From Escherichia coli (GTDB lineage Bacteria > Pseudomonadota > Gammaproteobacteria > Enterobacterales > Enterobacteriaceae): a stretch of 64,000 bases of DNA. The notes under the pieces are model-generated. The model searched no databases. It saw nothing but the letters and a program-made list of their open reading frames with translations, and was not told where the DNA came from. Positions 13,201 to 26,693 of this stretch are shown here, piece after piece. Both the position numbers and the translations under genes were made by a program. The number at the start of each line of letters is the position of its first letter. The stretch's first letter is position 1. The stretch is from NCBI RefSeq assembly GCF_003334385.1, contig NZ_QOWN01000001.1, one strand, 5' to 3'.

Positions 13201-13917
13201 ATGCGTCCAGCAGGCCGTAGCAATAATCAGGTGCGTCCCGTTACCCTGACTCGTAACTATACAAAACATGCAGAAGGCTCGGTGCTGGTCGAATTTGGCG
13301 ATACCAAAGTGTTGTGTACCGCCTCTATTGAAGAAGGCGTGCCGCGCTTCCTGAAAGGTCAGGGCCAGGGCTGGATCACCGCAGAGTACGGCATGCTGCC
13401 ACGTTCTACCCACACCCGTAACGCTCGTGAAGCGGCGAAAGGTAAGCAGGGTGGACGCACAATGGAAATCCAGCGTCTGATCGCCCGTGCTCTTCGCGCG
13501 GCAGTAGATTTGAAAGCGCTGGGTGAGTTCACCATTACGCTGGACTGCGACGTGCTTCAGGCTGATGGTGGCACGCGTACCGCGTCGATTACGGGTGCCT
13601 GCGTGGCGCTGGTAGATGCGCTACAGAAGCTGGTGGAAAACGGCAAGCTGAAAACCAATCCGATGAAAGGGATGGTAGCCGCAGTTTCTGTCGGAATTGT
13701 GAACGGCGAAGCGGTTTGCGATCTGGAATACGTTGAAGACTCTGCCGCAGAGACCGACATGAACGTAGTGATGACCGAAGACGGGCGCATCATTGAAGTG
13801 CAGGGGACGGCAGAAGGCGAGCCGTTCACCCATGAAGAGCTACTCACCTTGTTGGCTCTGGCCCGAGGGGGAATCGAATCCATTGTAGCGACGCAGAAGG
13901 CGGCGCTGGCAAACTGA
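13201..13917 (+). CDS. rph: RNase PH, full-length (rph+)
   Basis: ORF 13177..13917. The ATG at 13201 gives 238 aa from [28 protein letters not shown] to [14 protein letters not shown]. There is no frameshift near the 3' end. Confidence 0.93.
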   Translation: MRPAGRSNNQVRPVTLTRNYTKHAEGSVLVEFGDTKVLCTASIEEGVPRFLKGQGQGWITAEYGMLPRSTHTRNAREAAKGKQGGRTMEIQRLIARALRAAVDLKALGEFTITLDCDVLQADGGTRTASITGACVALVDALQKLVENGKLKTNPMKGMVAAVSVGIVNGEAVCDLEYVEDSAAETDMNVVMTEDGRIIEVQGTAEGEPFTHEELLTLLALARGGIESIVATQKAALAN

Positions 13918-13922
13918 TTTTT

Positions 13923-13950
13923 AAGGCGACTGATGAGTCGCCTTTTTTTT
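13923..13950 (+). terminator. pyrE attenuator (intrinsic terminator in the rph-pyrE leader)
   Basis: Stem aaggcgac/gtcgcctt with a 6-nt loop, followed by T8. It starts 5 nt after the rph stop and ends 33 nt before the pyrE ATG. This is the classical UTP-sensitive, translation-coupled attenuator. Confidence 0.85.
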
Positions 13951-13982
13951 GTCTGTAGAAAAGTAAGATGAGGAGCGAAGGC

Positions 13983-14624
13983 ATGAAACCATATCAGCGC
14001 CAGTTTATTGAATTTGCGCTTAGCAAGCAGGTGTTAAAGTTTGGCGAGTTTACGCTGAAATCCGGGCGCAAAAGCCCCTATTTCTTCAACGCCGGGCTGT
14101 TTAATACCGGGCGCGATCTGGCACTGTTAGGCCGTTTTTACGCTGAAGCGTTGGTGGATTCCGGCATTGAGTTCGATCTGCTGTTTGGCCCTGCTTACAA
14201 AGGGATCCCGATTGCCACCACAACCGCTGTGGCACTGGCGGAGCATCACGACCTGGACCTGCCGTACTGCTTTAACCGCAAAGAAGCAAAAGACCACGGT
14301 GAAGGCGGCAATCTGGTTGGTAGCGCGTTACAAGGACGCGTAATGCTGGTAGATGATGTGATCACCGCCGGAACGGCGATTCGCGAGTCGATGGAGATTA
14401 TTCAGGCCAATGGCGCGACGCTTGCTGGCGTGTTGATTTCGCTCGATCGTCAGGAACGCGGGCGCGGCGAGATTTCGGCGATTCAGGAAGTTGAGCGTGA
14501 TTACAACTGCAAAGTGATCTCTATCATCACCCTGAAAGACCTGATTGCTTACCTGGAAGAGAAGCCGGAAATGGCGGAACATCTGGCGGCGGTTAAGGCC
14601 TATCGCGAAGAGTTTGGCGTTTAA
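13983..14624 (+). CDS. pyrE: orotate phosphoribosyltransferase
   Basis: ORF 13968..14624. The ATG at 13983 gives 213 aa starting [29 protein letters not shown]. Contains the PRPP-binding motif [12 protein letters not shown]. Confidence 0.95.
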
Positions 14625-14631
14625 AGAAACT

Positions 14632-14655
14632 CGCCGGATGAAAAGTCATCCGGCG
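14632..14655. terminator. bidirectional hairpin between convergent pyrE and slmA
   Basis: 10-bp perfect stem cgccggatga/tcatccggcg with a 4-nt loop, in the 36-nt gap between the two stop codons. Confidence 0.6.
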
Positions 14656-14660
14656 TCATA

Positions 14661-15257
14661 TTACTGCAACTGTGCCGCAATTAGCGGCCAGCGGGCGTCA
14701 AAATCATCCGTCGGGCGGTATTTAAATTCGCTGCGGACAAAACGTGACAGCATACCTTCACAGAAGGCCAGGATCTGGCTTGCCAGCAGGGTTTCATCGG
14801 TGGTGTAACCTTCACCCTCACGCATTCTCTTTTCACGCAATACCTGGCGCAGCTGCGCTTCAATACGCTCGAACAGCTGGTTGATGCGCCCTTGCAGGCG
14901 ATCCTGTTCAAACATTAGCGCATGACCAGTGAGGATGCGGGTCAGGCCAGGATTACGCTCACCAAAACCGAGAAGCAGCAACACAATCAGACGCAGGCGC
15001 GCTGTGGTGTCTTTCTCATCTTTCAGAATCAGGTTGATGCGAGTAATCAGGCTATCTTCGATAAACTCAATCAGGCTATCGAACATGCGGGTCTTACTGG
15101 GGAAGTGGCGATACAGTGCCGCTTCGGAAACGCCGACAGAGGCGGCCAGTTTTGCCGTCGTGATACGTTGGCTTCCATCGCTGGATTCCAGCATCAGCGC
15201 CAGAGACTGAAGTATTTCCTCGCGACGGTTCCTTTTCGCAGTTTGTTTTTCTGCCAT
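14661..15257 (-). CDS. slmA: nucleoid occlusion factor SlmA (TetR family)
   Basis: ORF 14661..15299. The ATG at 15257 gives 198 aa starting [25 protein letters not shown], with a TetR-type HTH. Confidence 0.93.
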
Positions 15258-15363
15258 GTTACAAAATACCCCTGAAAATAAGCACTTGCCAGGCGGCACC
15301 CACGCTATGACCGCAAACGAAATGTTTGCGGCTATGTTATGACGTTATTCGGATGCGTATGTG

Positions 15364-15819
15364 TTACTGACGACCAGAGTGACCAAAGCCGCCTTCACCG
15401 CGGTCGGTGGCGTCGAAATCTTCCACCAGATTAAATTCAGCCTGTACTACCGGAACAAAAATCATCTGGGCGATGCGTTCGCCAGGTTGAATGGTGAAGC
15501 TGTCCTGACCACGGTTCCACACGGAAATCATCAACTGGCCCTGATAGTCAGAATCGATCAATCCTACCAGGTTACCAAGCACGATACCGTGCTTATGTCC
15601 CAATCCGGAGCGCGGCAGCATCATTGCCGCCAGTGAAGGATCGGCAATATGAATCGCCAGCCCGGTCGGAACCAGCGTAGTGTCACCCGGAGCCAGTTCT
15701 ACGGCGTCGTTGAGACAGGCACGCAGGTCAAGTCCGGCAGAGCCAGAGGTGGCATAAGTCGGGAGCGGAAATTCCTTCCCAACGCGCGGGTCCAGAATCT
15801 TAACGTCGATTTTTTTCAT
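15364..15819 (-). CDS. dut: dUTP pyrophosphatase (dUTPase)
   Basis: ORF 15364..15822 starts with tandem ATG ATG. I take the second ATG ([20 protein letters not shown], 151 aa); the first (15822) is equally possible. The start overlaps the coaBC 3' end. Confidence 0.92.
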
Positions 15820-17020
15820 CATAACGGGTCACGATCTCGTCGAGTAATAATTGGCCAAGGAGCTCTTTGCGCTCAAGCGGTAAGACTTTATCTCCGTCCT
15901 GCCAGAAAAGGTGTAATGCGTTGTTGTCGCTGTTAAATCCTTGAGTTGGCTGGGAAACATCGTTCGCGCAGATCAGATCAAGGTTTTTACGGATACGTTT
16001 TTGCCGGGCGTATTCTTCCACATTATTTGTTTCGGCGGCAAATCCAACGACGTAGGGTCGATGGTCTTTTAGTGCGGCAACGCCTGCGACGATATCGGGG
16101 TTTTTAACCATTTTTATTGTTAATTCATCACCCTGCGTGGCCTGCTTTTTGATTTTCTCTGGGGCCACGGTAGCTGCGCGATAATCCGCCACGGCGGCGC
16201 AGCCGATAAAAATATTTTGCTGCTGTACAGAAGCATTCACGGCGGCTTCCATTTCCAGCGCGGTCATCACATCAACACGTTTAACAAACGGTGGCGTCGG
16301 TAGTGAAACCGGACCTGATACCAGCGTGACGTTCGCGCCACGACGGGCAGCGGCGGCGGCGATAGCAAAACCCATCTTGCCGGAGCTGTGATTAGAGATA
16401 TAACGCACCGGATCGAGCGGTTCACGCGTCGGGCCGGCGGTAATCATAATGTTCAGATGTTTCAGGTCGTTGACGGGCGAAAAATGCGCTACCGCCATAT
16501 CCACAATGGTTAACGGATCGAGCATTCGCCCAGGACCGATATCACCACAAGCCTGACTGCCACTGTCTGGCCCCCAGATGAGCAAACCACGGGAAGCAAG
16601 CACCTCTAAATTATGCTGCGTGGCAGCGGCACGGTACATCTGCTGGTTCATGGCGGGGAGCACGGCTACAGGCGCAGGTGTAGCCAGACAAATCGTCGAT
16701 ACCAGGTCATTCGCCATTCCGGCAGCAACACGGGCAATCAAATCTGCCGTGGCAGGGGCGAGAATCACTAAATCAGCCCATTTACCCAGCTCAATATGGC
16801 CCATAGCGGCTTCGGCTGCCGGGTCCAGCAGACTGTCGGAAACGGGATAACCAGAAACCGCCTGCAAGCTAAGTGGGGTGATAAAGGCTTTTGCCGCTTC
16901 GGTCATGGCTACGCGGACGTCGGCCCCGCGATCGCGCAAACGACGCACCAGTTCAGGGGTTTTATAGGCAGCAATACCGCCGCTAACGCCGAGAACGATT
17001 TTTTTACCGGCCAGGCTCAT
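15800..17020 (-). CDS. coaBC: bifunctional phosphopantothenoylcysteine decarboxylase / phosphopantothenate-cysteine ligase CoaBC (Dfp)
   Basis: ORF 15800..17092. The ATG at 17020 gives 406 aa starting [28 protein letters not shown]. Confidence 0.95.
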
Positions 17021-17191
17021 GATGATTTTTCCTGTAGGGTGACACCAGAAGTTGGCGATTTTATCACAATACTTTTGTTGTCGTGCCTTCACCTGAGATT
17101 CACTTTGCGAGGCGCTTTCCAGGATTGAAAACTGGCCGTCGATTTAACGAAACGGCTATGACAGGATGCGAGCACCACAAAGGAGGTGAAG

Positions 17192-17860
17192 GTGAAAAAC
17201 AATTCACAGCTGTTGATGCCGCGCGAAAAAATGCTGAAGTTTGGTATTAGCGCCTTAACGGATGTCGAGCTGCTGGCGCTATTTCTGCGTACCGGAACGC
17301 GCGGTAAAGATGTATTAACCCTGGCAAAAGAGATGCTGGAGAATTTCGGCTCTCTTTATGGCTTGTTAACCTCTGAATATGAACAATTTAGTGGCGTTCA
17401 TGGAATTGGCGTGGCGAAATTTGCCCAGTTAAAGGGGATTGCTGAACTGGCGCGGCGTTACTACAACGTGCGGATGCGTGAAGAAAGCCCTTTACTCAGC
17501 CCGGAGATGACGAGGGAATTTTTACAAAGCCAGCTCACGGGTGAGGAGCGGGAGATCTTTATGGTGATCTTTCTCGACTCCCAACACCGGGTTATAACGC
17601 ATAGGCGTCTTTTTTCCGGCACGCTAAACCATGTTGAAGTCCATCCTCGGGAAATTATCCGCGAAGCGATAAAAATAAACGCCTCGGCGCTGATCCTTGC
17701 ACATAATCACCCTTCGGGTTGTGCTGAACCCAGTAAAGCGGATAAACTCATTACTGAACGGATAATAAAGAGTTGTCAGTTCATGGATTTACGCGTGCTC
17801 GACCATATCGTGATTGGGCGTGGAGAGTATGTTTCTTTTGCCGAACGCGGCTGGATTTAA
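17192..17860 (+). CDS. yicR: UPF0758/RadC-like JAB-domain protein YicR
   Basis: ORF 17186..17860 with tandem GTG codons after the ggagg SD. It runs [29 protein letters not shown]... and carries the JAB/MPN motif HNHPSG. The choice of start codon is uncertain by 2 codons. Confidence 0.88.
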   Translation: MKNNSQLLMPREKMLKFGISALTDVELLALFLRTGTRGKDVLTLAKEMLENFGSLYGLLTSEYEQFSGVHGIGVAKFAQLKGIAELARRYYNVRMREESPLLSPEMTREFLQSQLTGEEREIFMVIFLDSQHRVITHRRLFSGTLNHVEVHPREIIREAIKINASALILAHNHPSGCAEPSKADKLITERIIKSCQFMDLRVLDHIVIGRGEYVSFAERGWI

Positions 17861-18055
17861 CCCGCTATGCGCGATCCTTCGGGATCTTTGTCTGTTCGGG
17901 ACTTGAGCACATCGCTGAGTCAGCGTATACTACGCCACCTTTGAGAATCTCGGGTTTGGCATTTGGGCCTGGCAATCGAGAGTTCACATAGAACTGCGAT
18001 GACCGGGCTGTAAAGCCTGACGAGGCGCCAATACCCCATACGAAGCTCGAGCTAA

Positions 18056-18313
<258 letters not shown>

Positions 18314-18330
18314 GTACTTAGAGGAAATAA

Positions 18331-18501
<171 letters not shown>

Positions 18502-18520
18502 TTCTCGCTTTGATGTAACA

Positions 18521-18547
18521 AAAAACCTCGCTCCGGCGGGGTTTTTT
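18521..18547 (+). terminator. rho-independent terminator of rpmBG
   Basis: aaaaacctcgc-tccg-gcggggtttttt is a GC stem flanked by A5 and T6, 20 nt after the rpmG stop. Confidence 0.8.
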
Positions 18548-18598
18548 GTTATCTGCTTGCCCCCATATTGACTGCATCTGTTCATTCCTGGAGATGCT

Positions 18599-19408
18599 AT
18601 GCCTGAATTACCCGAAGTTGAAACCAGCCGCCGCGGCATAGAACCGCATCTCGTTGGTGCAACCATTCTTCATGCAGTGGTGCGCAACGGACGCTTGCGC
18701 TGGCCGGTTTCAGAAGAGATCTACCGTTTAAGCGACCAACCAGTGCTTAGCGTGCAGCGGCGGGCTAAATATCTGCTGCTGGAGCTGCCTGAGGGCTGGA
18801 TTATCATTCATTTAGGGATGTCTGGCAGCCTGCGCATCCTTCCAGAAGAACTTCCCCCTGAAAAGCATGACCATGTGGATTTGGTGATGAGCAACGGCAA
18901 AGTGCTGCGCTACACCGATCCGCGCCGCTTTGGTGCCTGGCTGTGGACCAAAGAGCTGGAAGGGCATAATGTGCTGACCCATCTTGGACCGGAGCCGCTT
19001 AGCGACGATTTCAATGGTGAGTATCTGCATCAGAAGTGCGCGAAGAAAAAAACGGCGATTAAACCGTGGCTGATGGATAACAAGCTGGTGGTAGGGGTAG
19101 GGAATATCTATGCCAGCGAATCACTGTTTGCGGCGGGGATCCATCCGGATCGGCTGGCGTCATCACTGTCGCTGGCAGAGTGTGAATTGTTAGCTCGGGT
19201 GATTAAAGCGGTGTTGCTGCGTTCGATTGAGCAGGGTGGTACAACGCTGAAAGATTTTCTGCAAAGTGATGGTAAACCGGGCTATTTCGCTCAGGAATTG
19301 CAGGTTTACGGGCGAAAAGGTGAGCCGTGTCGGGTGTGCGGTACGCCGATTGTGGCGACTAAACATGCGCAGCGGGCAACGTTTTATTGTCGGCAGTGCC
19401 AGAAGTAA
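18599..19408 (+). CDS. mutM: formamidopyrimidine-DNA glycosylase (Fpg/MutM)
   Basis: 269-aa ORF with the N-terminal [13 protein letters not shown] catalytic motif and a C-terminal zinc finger [25 protein letters not shown]. Confidence 0.95.
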
Positions 19409-19417
19409 TTCATGCGC

Positions 19418-19439
19418 GCCGGATGGCATACCATCCGGC
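19418..19439. terminator. bidirectional hairpin between convergent mutM and coaD
   Basis: 9-bp perfect stem gccggatgg/ccatccggc with a 4-nt loop, in the 38-nt gap between the stops. Confidence 0.6.
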
Positions 19440-19446
19440 ATAAACG

Positions 19447-21211
<1,765 letters not shown>

Positions 21212-21557
21212 AGTAAATAGCTGACTTATGGATGTGCTGGGGATTCTATGTATTTAGCTGTGGCTTTACCATTACTTTTCCCGTTTTTGACTTAAATAGC
21301 TTCAGTTTGGTCTGATCTGCCGCTACATCTTCATTTTTTTTGTATTTTTATGCGATTCATTGAAACTCGGCCCCATTTTCAAATCTACATAGGCCGTACT
21401 GACATTATCGAAATGCTATTTTTTATCTATTTGATTTTTATGATTAAAGTATATTTTGTGTATAAAAATCATTCGGGTCGGATTGCTGCGAAAGAAATGA
21501 TACACTAGCACGTCAAAGTAAGTGCGTTATCAGTATTCAGGTAGCTGTTGAGCCTGG

Positions 21558-21569
21558 GGCGGTAGCGTG
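21558..21569 (+). promoter_or_regulatory. ops element (GGCGGTAGCGTG) within the JUMPStart sequence; RfaH recruitment site of the waaQ operon leader
   Basis: Exact 12-mer ggcggtagcgtg, 48 nt upstream of the waaQ GTG. The preceding cagtattcaggtagctgttgagcctgg forms the JUMPStart context. Confidence 0.85.
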
Positions 21570-21616
21570 CTTTTTTCTGCTTAACTTAACCAGACAATCA
21601 CACAAAAGAGTCGCTA

Positions 21617-22687
21617 GTGGAAAAGCCATTTCGAAAAATCCTGGTCATAAAGATGCGATATCATGGGGATATGTTATTAACTACTCCTGTCATCAGTACG
21701 CTCAAGCAGAATTATCCTGATGCAAAAATCGATATGCTGCTTTATCAGGACACCATCCCTATTTTGTCTGAAAACCCGGAAATTAATGCGCTCTATGGGA
21801 TAAGCAATAAAGGTGCGGGAACTTTCGATAAAATTAAAAATGTGCTTTCGTTGATAAAAACTCTGCGTGCGAATAATTATGACCTGGTCATTAATCTTAC
21901 GGATCAGTGGATGGTGGCGCTGCTGGTACGTTGTTTACCTGCACGGATGAAAATATCGCAACTTTATGGTCATCGGCAGCATGGTATTTGGAAAAAAAGC
22001 TTCACACACTTAGCGCCAATACACGGTACACATATTGTTGAGCGTAATTTATCGGTCCTTGAGCCATTAGGTATTACCGATTTCTACACCGACACAACAA
22101 TGAGTTACGCCGAAGATTGCTGGAAGAAGATGCGCCGGGAATTAGATGCCCTGGGCGTAAAAGATCATTATGTTGTCATCCAACCGACAGCGCGTCAGAT
22201 ATTTAAGTGTTGGGATAACGATAAATTTTCTAAGGTTATCGATGCGCTGCAACAGCGAGGCTATCAGGTTGTGCTAACCTGTGGGCCCTCGGCAGATGAT
22301 CTCGCTTGTGTAGATGAGATTGCACGAGGTTGCGAAACAAAACCCATTACTGGCCTTGCAGGTAAAACACGTTTTCCTGAACTGGGTGCATTAATTGATC
22401 ATGCAGTGCTTTTTATTGGTGTGGATTCTGCGCCGGGACATATTGCAGCGGCAGTGAAAACGCCAGTCATTAGTCTATTTGGTGCAACGGATCACGTATT
22501 CTGGCGTCCCTGGACCGAGAATATTATTCAATTCTGGGCGGGGAATTATCAGAAAATGCCGACCCGGCATGAACTTGACCGCAACAAAAAATATCTTTCT
22601 GTTATCCCAGCGGAGGATGTGATCGCCGCTACGGAAAAGCTGTTGCCAGAAGATGCCCCTTCAGCTGACAGGAATGCACAATTATGA
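21617..22687 (+). CDS. waaQ: LPS heptosyltransferase III WaaQ (GT9)
   Basis: 356-codon ORF from the GTG at 21617 (MEKPFRKILVIKMRYHGDML...). The commonly used ATG at 21653 gives 344 aa. GT9 family, like WaaC and WaaF in this window. Confidence 0.88.
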   Translation: MEKPFRKILVIKMRYHGDMLLTTPVISTLKQNYPDAKIDMLLYQDTIPILSENPEINALYGISNKGAGTFDKIKNVLSLIKTLRANNYDLVINLTDQWMVALLVRCLPARMKISQLYGHRQHGIWKKSFTHLAPIHGTHIVERNLSVLEPLGITDFYTDTTMSYAEDCWKKMRRELDALGVKDHYVVIQPTARQIFKCWDNDKFSKVIDALQQRGYQVVLTCGPSADDLACVDEIARGCETKPITGLAGKTRFPELGALIDHAVLFIGVDSAPGHIAAAVKTPVISLFGATDHVFWRPWTENIIQFWAGNYQKMPTRHELDRNKKYLSVIPAEDVIAATEKLLPEDAPSADRNAQL

Positions 22688-23808
22688 TCGTGGCGTTTTG
22701 TTTATATAAATATTTTCCATTTGGTGGGCTTCAACGTGACTTTATGCGCATTGCATCAACAGTTGCCGCACGGGGCCACCATGTTCGGGTATATACACAG
22801 TCGTGGGAAGGCGATTGCCCGAAAGCATTTGAGCTTATTCAGGTGCCAGTTAAGTCCCATACCAACCATGGACGCAATGCAGAATATTATGCCTGGGTAC
22901 AAAATCATCTCAAAGAGCATCCCGCAGATCGCGTTGTTGGGTTTAATAAGATGCCTGGCCTGGATGTTTATTTTGCCGCTGATGTTTGTTACGCCGAGAA
23001 AGTTGCGCAAGAAAAAGGTTTTTTATATCGTTTAACATCACGATATCGCCATTATGCCGCATTTGAGCGAGCGACTTTCGAGCAGGGTAAATCGACGAAA
23101 CTTATGATGCTGACCGATAAGCAAATCGCCGATTTCCAGAAGCATTATCAAACTGAACCTGAACGTTTTCAAATTCTTCCTCCCGGTATTTATCCGGACA
23201 GAAAATACAGTGAGCAAATCCCAAACAGCCGTGAAATTTATCGCCAGAAAAATGGCATAAAAGAGCAACAAAACTTATTACTGCAGGTTGGATCAGATTT
23301 TGGCCGTAAAGGTGTAGATCGCTCAATTGAAGCTTTGGCATCGTTACCGGAATCATTACGTCACAATACGCTTTTATTTGTTGTTGGTCAGGATAAGCCG
23401 CGAAAATTTGAAGCGCTGGCAGAAAAACTCGGCGTGCGGAGCAATGTGCATTTCTTCTCCGGTCGCAATGATGTGTCAGAATTAATGGCAGCCGCTGATT
23501 TATTACTGCATCCCGCTTATCAGGAAGCCGCGGGTATCGTTCTTCTAGAAGCGATCACTGCTGGGTTACCTGTTTTAACAACAGCGGTATGTGGGTACGC
23601 GCATTATATTGCGGATGCCAATTGTGGAACGGTCATCGCTGAACCTTTCTCTCAGGAACAATTAAATGAAGTTTTACGTAAAGCGCTAACTCAGTCGCCA
23701 TTGCGAATGGCCTGGGCGGAGAATGCTCGCCATTATGCCGATACTCAGGATTTGTATAGCTTGCCAGAAAAAGCCGCGGATATCATTACAGGTGGTTTAG
23801 ATGGTTGA
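22684..23808 (+). CDS. waaG: LPS glucosyltransferase I WaaG (GT4)
   Basis: 374-aa ORF starting [32 protein letters not shown]. It overlaps the waaQ stop by 4 nt. Confidence 0.95.
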   Translation: MIVAFCLYKYFPFGGLQRDFMRIASTVAARGHHVRVYTQSWEGDCPKAFELIQVPVKSHTNHGRNAEYYAWVQNHLKEHPADRVVGFNKMPGLDVYFAADVCYAEKVAQEKGFLYRLTSRYRHYAAFERATFEQGKSTKLMMLTDKQIADFQKHYQTEPERFQILPPGIYPDRKYSEQIPNSREIYRQKNGIKEQQNLLLQVGSDFGRKGVDRSIEALASLPESLRHNTLLFVVGQDKPRKFEALAEKLGVRSNVHFFSGRNDVSELMAAADLLLHPAYQEAAGIVLLEAITAGLPVLTTAVCGYAHYIADANCGTVIAEPFSQEQLNEVLRKALTQSPLRMAWAENARHYADTQDLYSLPEKAADIITGGLDG

Positions 23809-24598
23809 ATTAAAAGAGCCGCTTGCCACACTTTGGCGTGGTAAAGATGCTTTTGCAGAGGTCAAAAAACTGAACGGCGAGGTCTTTCGTGAACTGGAGA
23901 CTCGTCGTACATTACGCTTTGAACTGTCCGGGAAAAGCTATTTTCTTAAATGGCACAAGGGGACGACATTAAAAGAGATTATAAAAAATCTACTCTCATT
24001 GCGGATGCCCGTTTTGGGCGCAGACAGAGAGTGGCACGCTATTCATCGCCTGAGTGATGTTGGCGTTGATACAATGAAGGGCATTGGGTTTGGCGAAAAA
24101 GGGTTAAATCCATTAACTCGCGCATCATTTATTATTACCGAAGATCTCACTCCCACAATTAGCCTTGAAGATTATTGTGCCGATTGGGCAGTCAACCCGC
24201 CTGATATACGTGTTAAGCGTATGCTGATCGCACGTGTAGCAACTATGGTGCGTAAAATGCATACTGCAGGGATAAATCACCGCGACTGTTACATTTGCCA
24301 CTTTTTGCTTCATTTGCCATTTACTGGCCGGGAAGATGAATTAAAAATTTCAGTTATCGATCTGCATCGGGCACAGATACGTGTAAAATTACCGCGCCGC
24401 TGGCGCGATAAAGACCTGATTGGTTTATATTTCTCATCAATGAATATTGGCCTGACGCAAAGAGATATCTGGCGATTTATGAAGGTTTATTTTGGGATGC
24501 CTTTACGCAAAATATTGTCTCTTGAACAGAATTTATTGAACATGGCAAGCGTTAAGGCCGAGCGTATTAAAGAGCGAACACAACGCAAAGGATTATAA
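23801..24598 (+). CDS. waaP: LPS core heptose(I) kinase WaaP
   Basis: 265-aa ORF starting [31 protein letters not shown], with the kinase catalytic-loop motif [10 protein letters not shown]. It overlaps waaG by 8 nt. Confidence 0.95.
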   Translation: MVELKEPLATLWRGKDAFAEVKKLNGEVFRELETRRTLRFELSGKSYFLKWHKGTTLKEIIKNLLSLRMPVLGADREWHAIHRLSDVGVDTMKGIGFGEKGLNPLTRASFIITEDLTPTISLEDYCADWAVNPPDIRVKRMLIARVATMVRKMHTAGINHRDCYICHFLLHLPFTGREDELKISVIDLHRAQIRVKLPRRWRDKDLIGLYFSSMNIGLTQRDIWRFMKVYFGMPLRKILSLEQNLLNMASVKAERIKERTQRKGL

Positions 24599-24634
24599 AA
24601 ATATTTATTAGTATGTACTGGAACTAACTTTATT

Positions 24635-25570
24635 ATGACTATTTATTTTATAAATTGGGTTGCAGATTATGAATTAAAAATGATTCAGTACCTGAAAAAA
24701 AAGTACAAGATAAAAAATATAACAACACCAAAAAAATATAACTGGATTAATAAAAAAATATCAAAAATAGGGATGGATAATGCATGGCTGGGGCGATTAT
24801 TCATCAAGCATTACCTCAATGATATTAAAAAAGATGACATAATTATCATTAATGACAGTGTTGTTAATAAAGGTATCAATAAACAAATATTAAAAAATAT
24901 TAACTGTCATAAAGTTTTGCTTCTAAGAAATACTGTTGGCGAAGATTTTATTCTTGATAACGCGAATTATTTCGATATTATATATGATTTTGAGCATAGA
25001 TTTATAGGGAATGAAAAGATCAAGGCAATAGAACAATTTTTTCCTATAGGAATGGATGAAATTAGAAATTATAGTTTATCTGACAAAAATAACAGCCAGC
25101 CAATATGTTTTTTCCTTGGTCGTGATAAAGGGCGTCTTCAAATAATTAATGAGTTAGCCGAGAGATTAACAACACTAGGATGTAAGCTAGATTTTAATGT
25201 TGTCAAAGATAAGACATCATCTACGACTTCAAAGTATTTGATTGAAAAACAAATATCTTATGAAGAGAATATTAGAAGAACATTAAATGCTAATATAATT
25301 GTTGATATAACCAAAGAAAACCAATCTGGCTGGACTCTTCGTATACTTGAGGCACTATTTTTCAATAAAAAATTAATTACTAATAATATAAATGTATTTG
25401 GTTCAGAAATCTATAGTGAATCTCGCTTTTTTATAATAGGTCATGATGATTGGGATAAGTTAGAGTATTTTATTAACTCATCTGTTAAACCAATGGATTA
25501 TGATAGTTTATATAAATTCAGTCCAGATAAAATGATGTCAACGATTGTTTCTGATTTTATAGACAAATAA
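24635..25570 (+). CDS. waaS: LPS core biosynthesis protein WaaS (K-12 core-type specific; implicated in alternative glycoforms)
   Basis: 311-aa, very AT-rich ORF starting [25 protein letters not shown]. The position between waaP and waaB is as in the K-12 core type. Confidence 0.85.
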
Positions 25571-25613
25571 AACCGTTAAAACAGTGAGTTTTACTCAATT
25601 AATGAGAGTTTCT

Positions 25614-26693
25614 ATGAAAATAGCGTTTATCGGCGAAGCTGTTTCTGGATTTGGCGGCATGGAAACTGTCATCCGTGATGTTATTACTACCTTCAGGCAA
25701 CAACATATCCAAAGTGAAATGTTTTTCTTTTGTCGTAATGACAAAATGGATAAGGGATGGCTGGAAGGTATTAAATACTCATGTTCATTTTCCAATATTC
25801 GTTTAGGTTTTTTGCGTCGGGCGAAACATATTCATGCTCTAAGTAAATGGCTTCAGGAGTACCAACCAGATATCGTTATTTGTATTGATGTGATCTCCTG
25901 CCTGTTTGCCGCAAAAGCACGTAAAAAATCAGGAATTGATATGCCAGTATTTTCATGGCCACATTTTTCTTTAGATCACAAAAAACATGCTGAATATATC
26001 ACCTGTGCCGACTATCATTTAGCAATCAGCTCTGGCATTAAACAGCAAATGATTAATCGAGGTGTAGCAGAATCGACGATAAATGTTATTTTTAATCCCG
26101 TCGAAACTAAAGACTCAGTCATTCCCGCGCCCGAGGAAGGTGAAACGGCAACGTTTATTTATGTTGGGCGTATGAAATTTGAAGGCCAGAAAAGAGTTAA
26201 AGACCTGCTTGATGGCTTATCACAAGCGAAAGGTAACTGGAAACTCCATGTATTGGGTGATGGCTCCGATTTCGAAAAATGCCAGGCTTATGGTAGAGAA
26301 TTAAATATTGATGATCGAATTGTCTGGTATGGTTGGCAACAATATCCCTGGGAATTGGTCCAGCAAGATATTGAAAAAGTGAGTGCGTTATTGCTCACGT
26401 CATCTTTTGAAGGTTTCCCAATGACCCTACTTGAAGCCTTGTCGTGGGGGATTCCTTGTATCAGTGCCGATTGTGTCTCCGGGCCTGCTGACATTATTCA
26501 ACCTGATGTCAATGGCCATCTGTATCAACCGGGAGATATTGCTGGTTTTGTAACTCTTCTAAATAAATATATAGCAGGTGAAATTCATATCGAACATGAA
26601 AAAATTCCTGCGTCGATCGATGAATTTTACCAATCGAAGTATTACGATAGATTACATAAGGTAATTATTTCTGCTATTTCCCGGAGGAAATAA
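25614..26693 (+). CDS. waaB: UDP-galactose:(glucosyl)LPS alpha-1,6-galactosyltransferase WaaB (GT4)
   Basis: ORF 25584..26693. The ATG at 25614 gives 359 aa starting MKIAFIGEAVSGFGGMETVIRDV, with the GT4 motif EGFPMTLLEA. Confidence 0.92.
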   Translation: MKIAFIGEAVSGFGGMETVIRDVITTFRQQHIQSEMFFFCRNDKMDKGWLEGIKYSCSFSNIRLGFLRRAKHIHALSKWLQEYQPDIVICIDVISCLFAAKARKKSGIDMPVFSWPHFSLDHKKHAEYITCADYHLAISSGIKQQMINRGVAESTINVIFNPVETKDSVIPAPEEGETATFIYVGRMKFEGQKRVKDLLDGLSQAKGNWKLHVLGDGSDFEKCQAYGRELNIDDRIVWYGWQQYPWELVQQDIEKVSALLLTSSFEGFPMTLLEALSWGIPCISADCVSGPADIIQPDVNGHLYQPGDIAGFVTLLNKYIAGEIHIEHEKIPASIDEFYQSKYYDRLHKVIISAISRRK

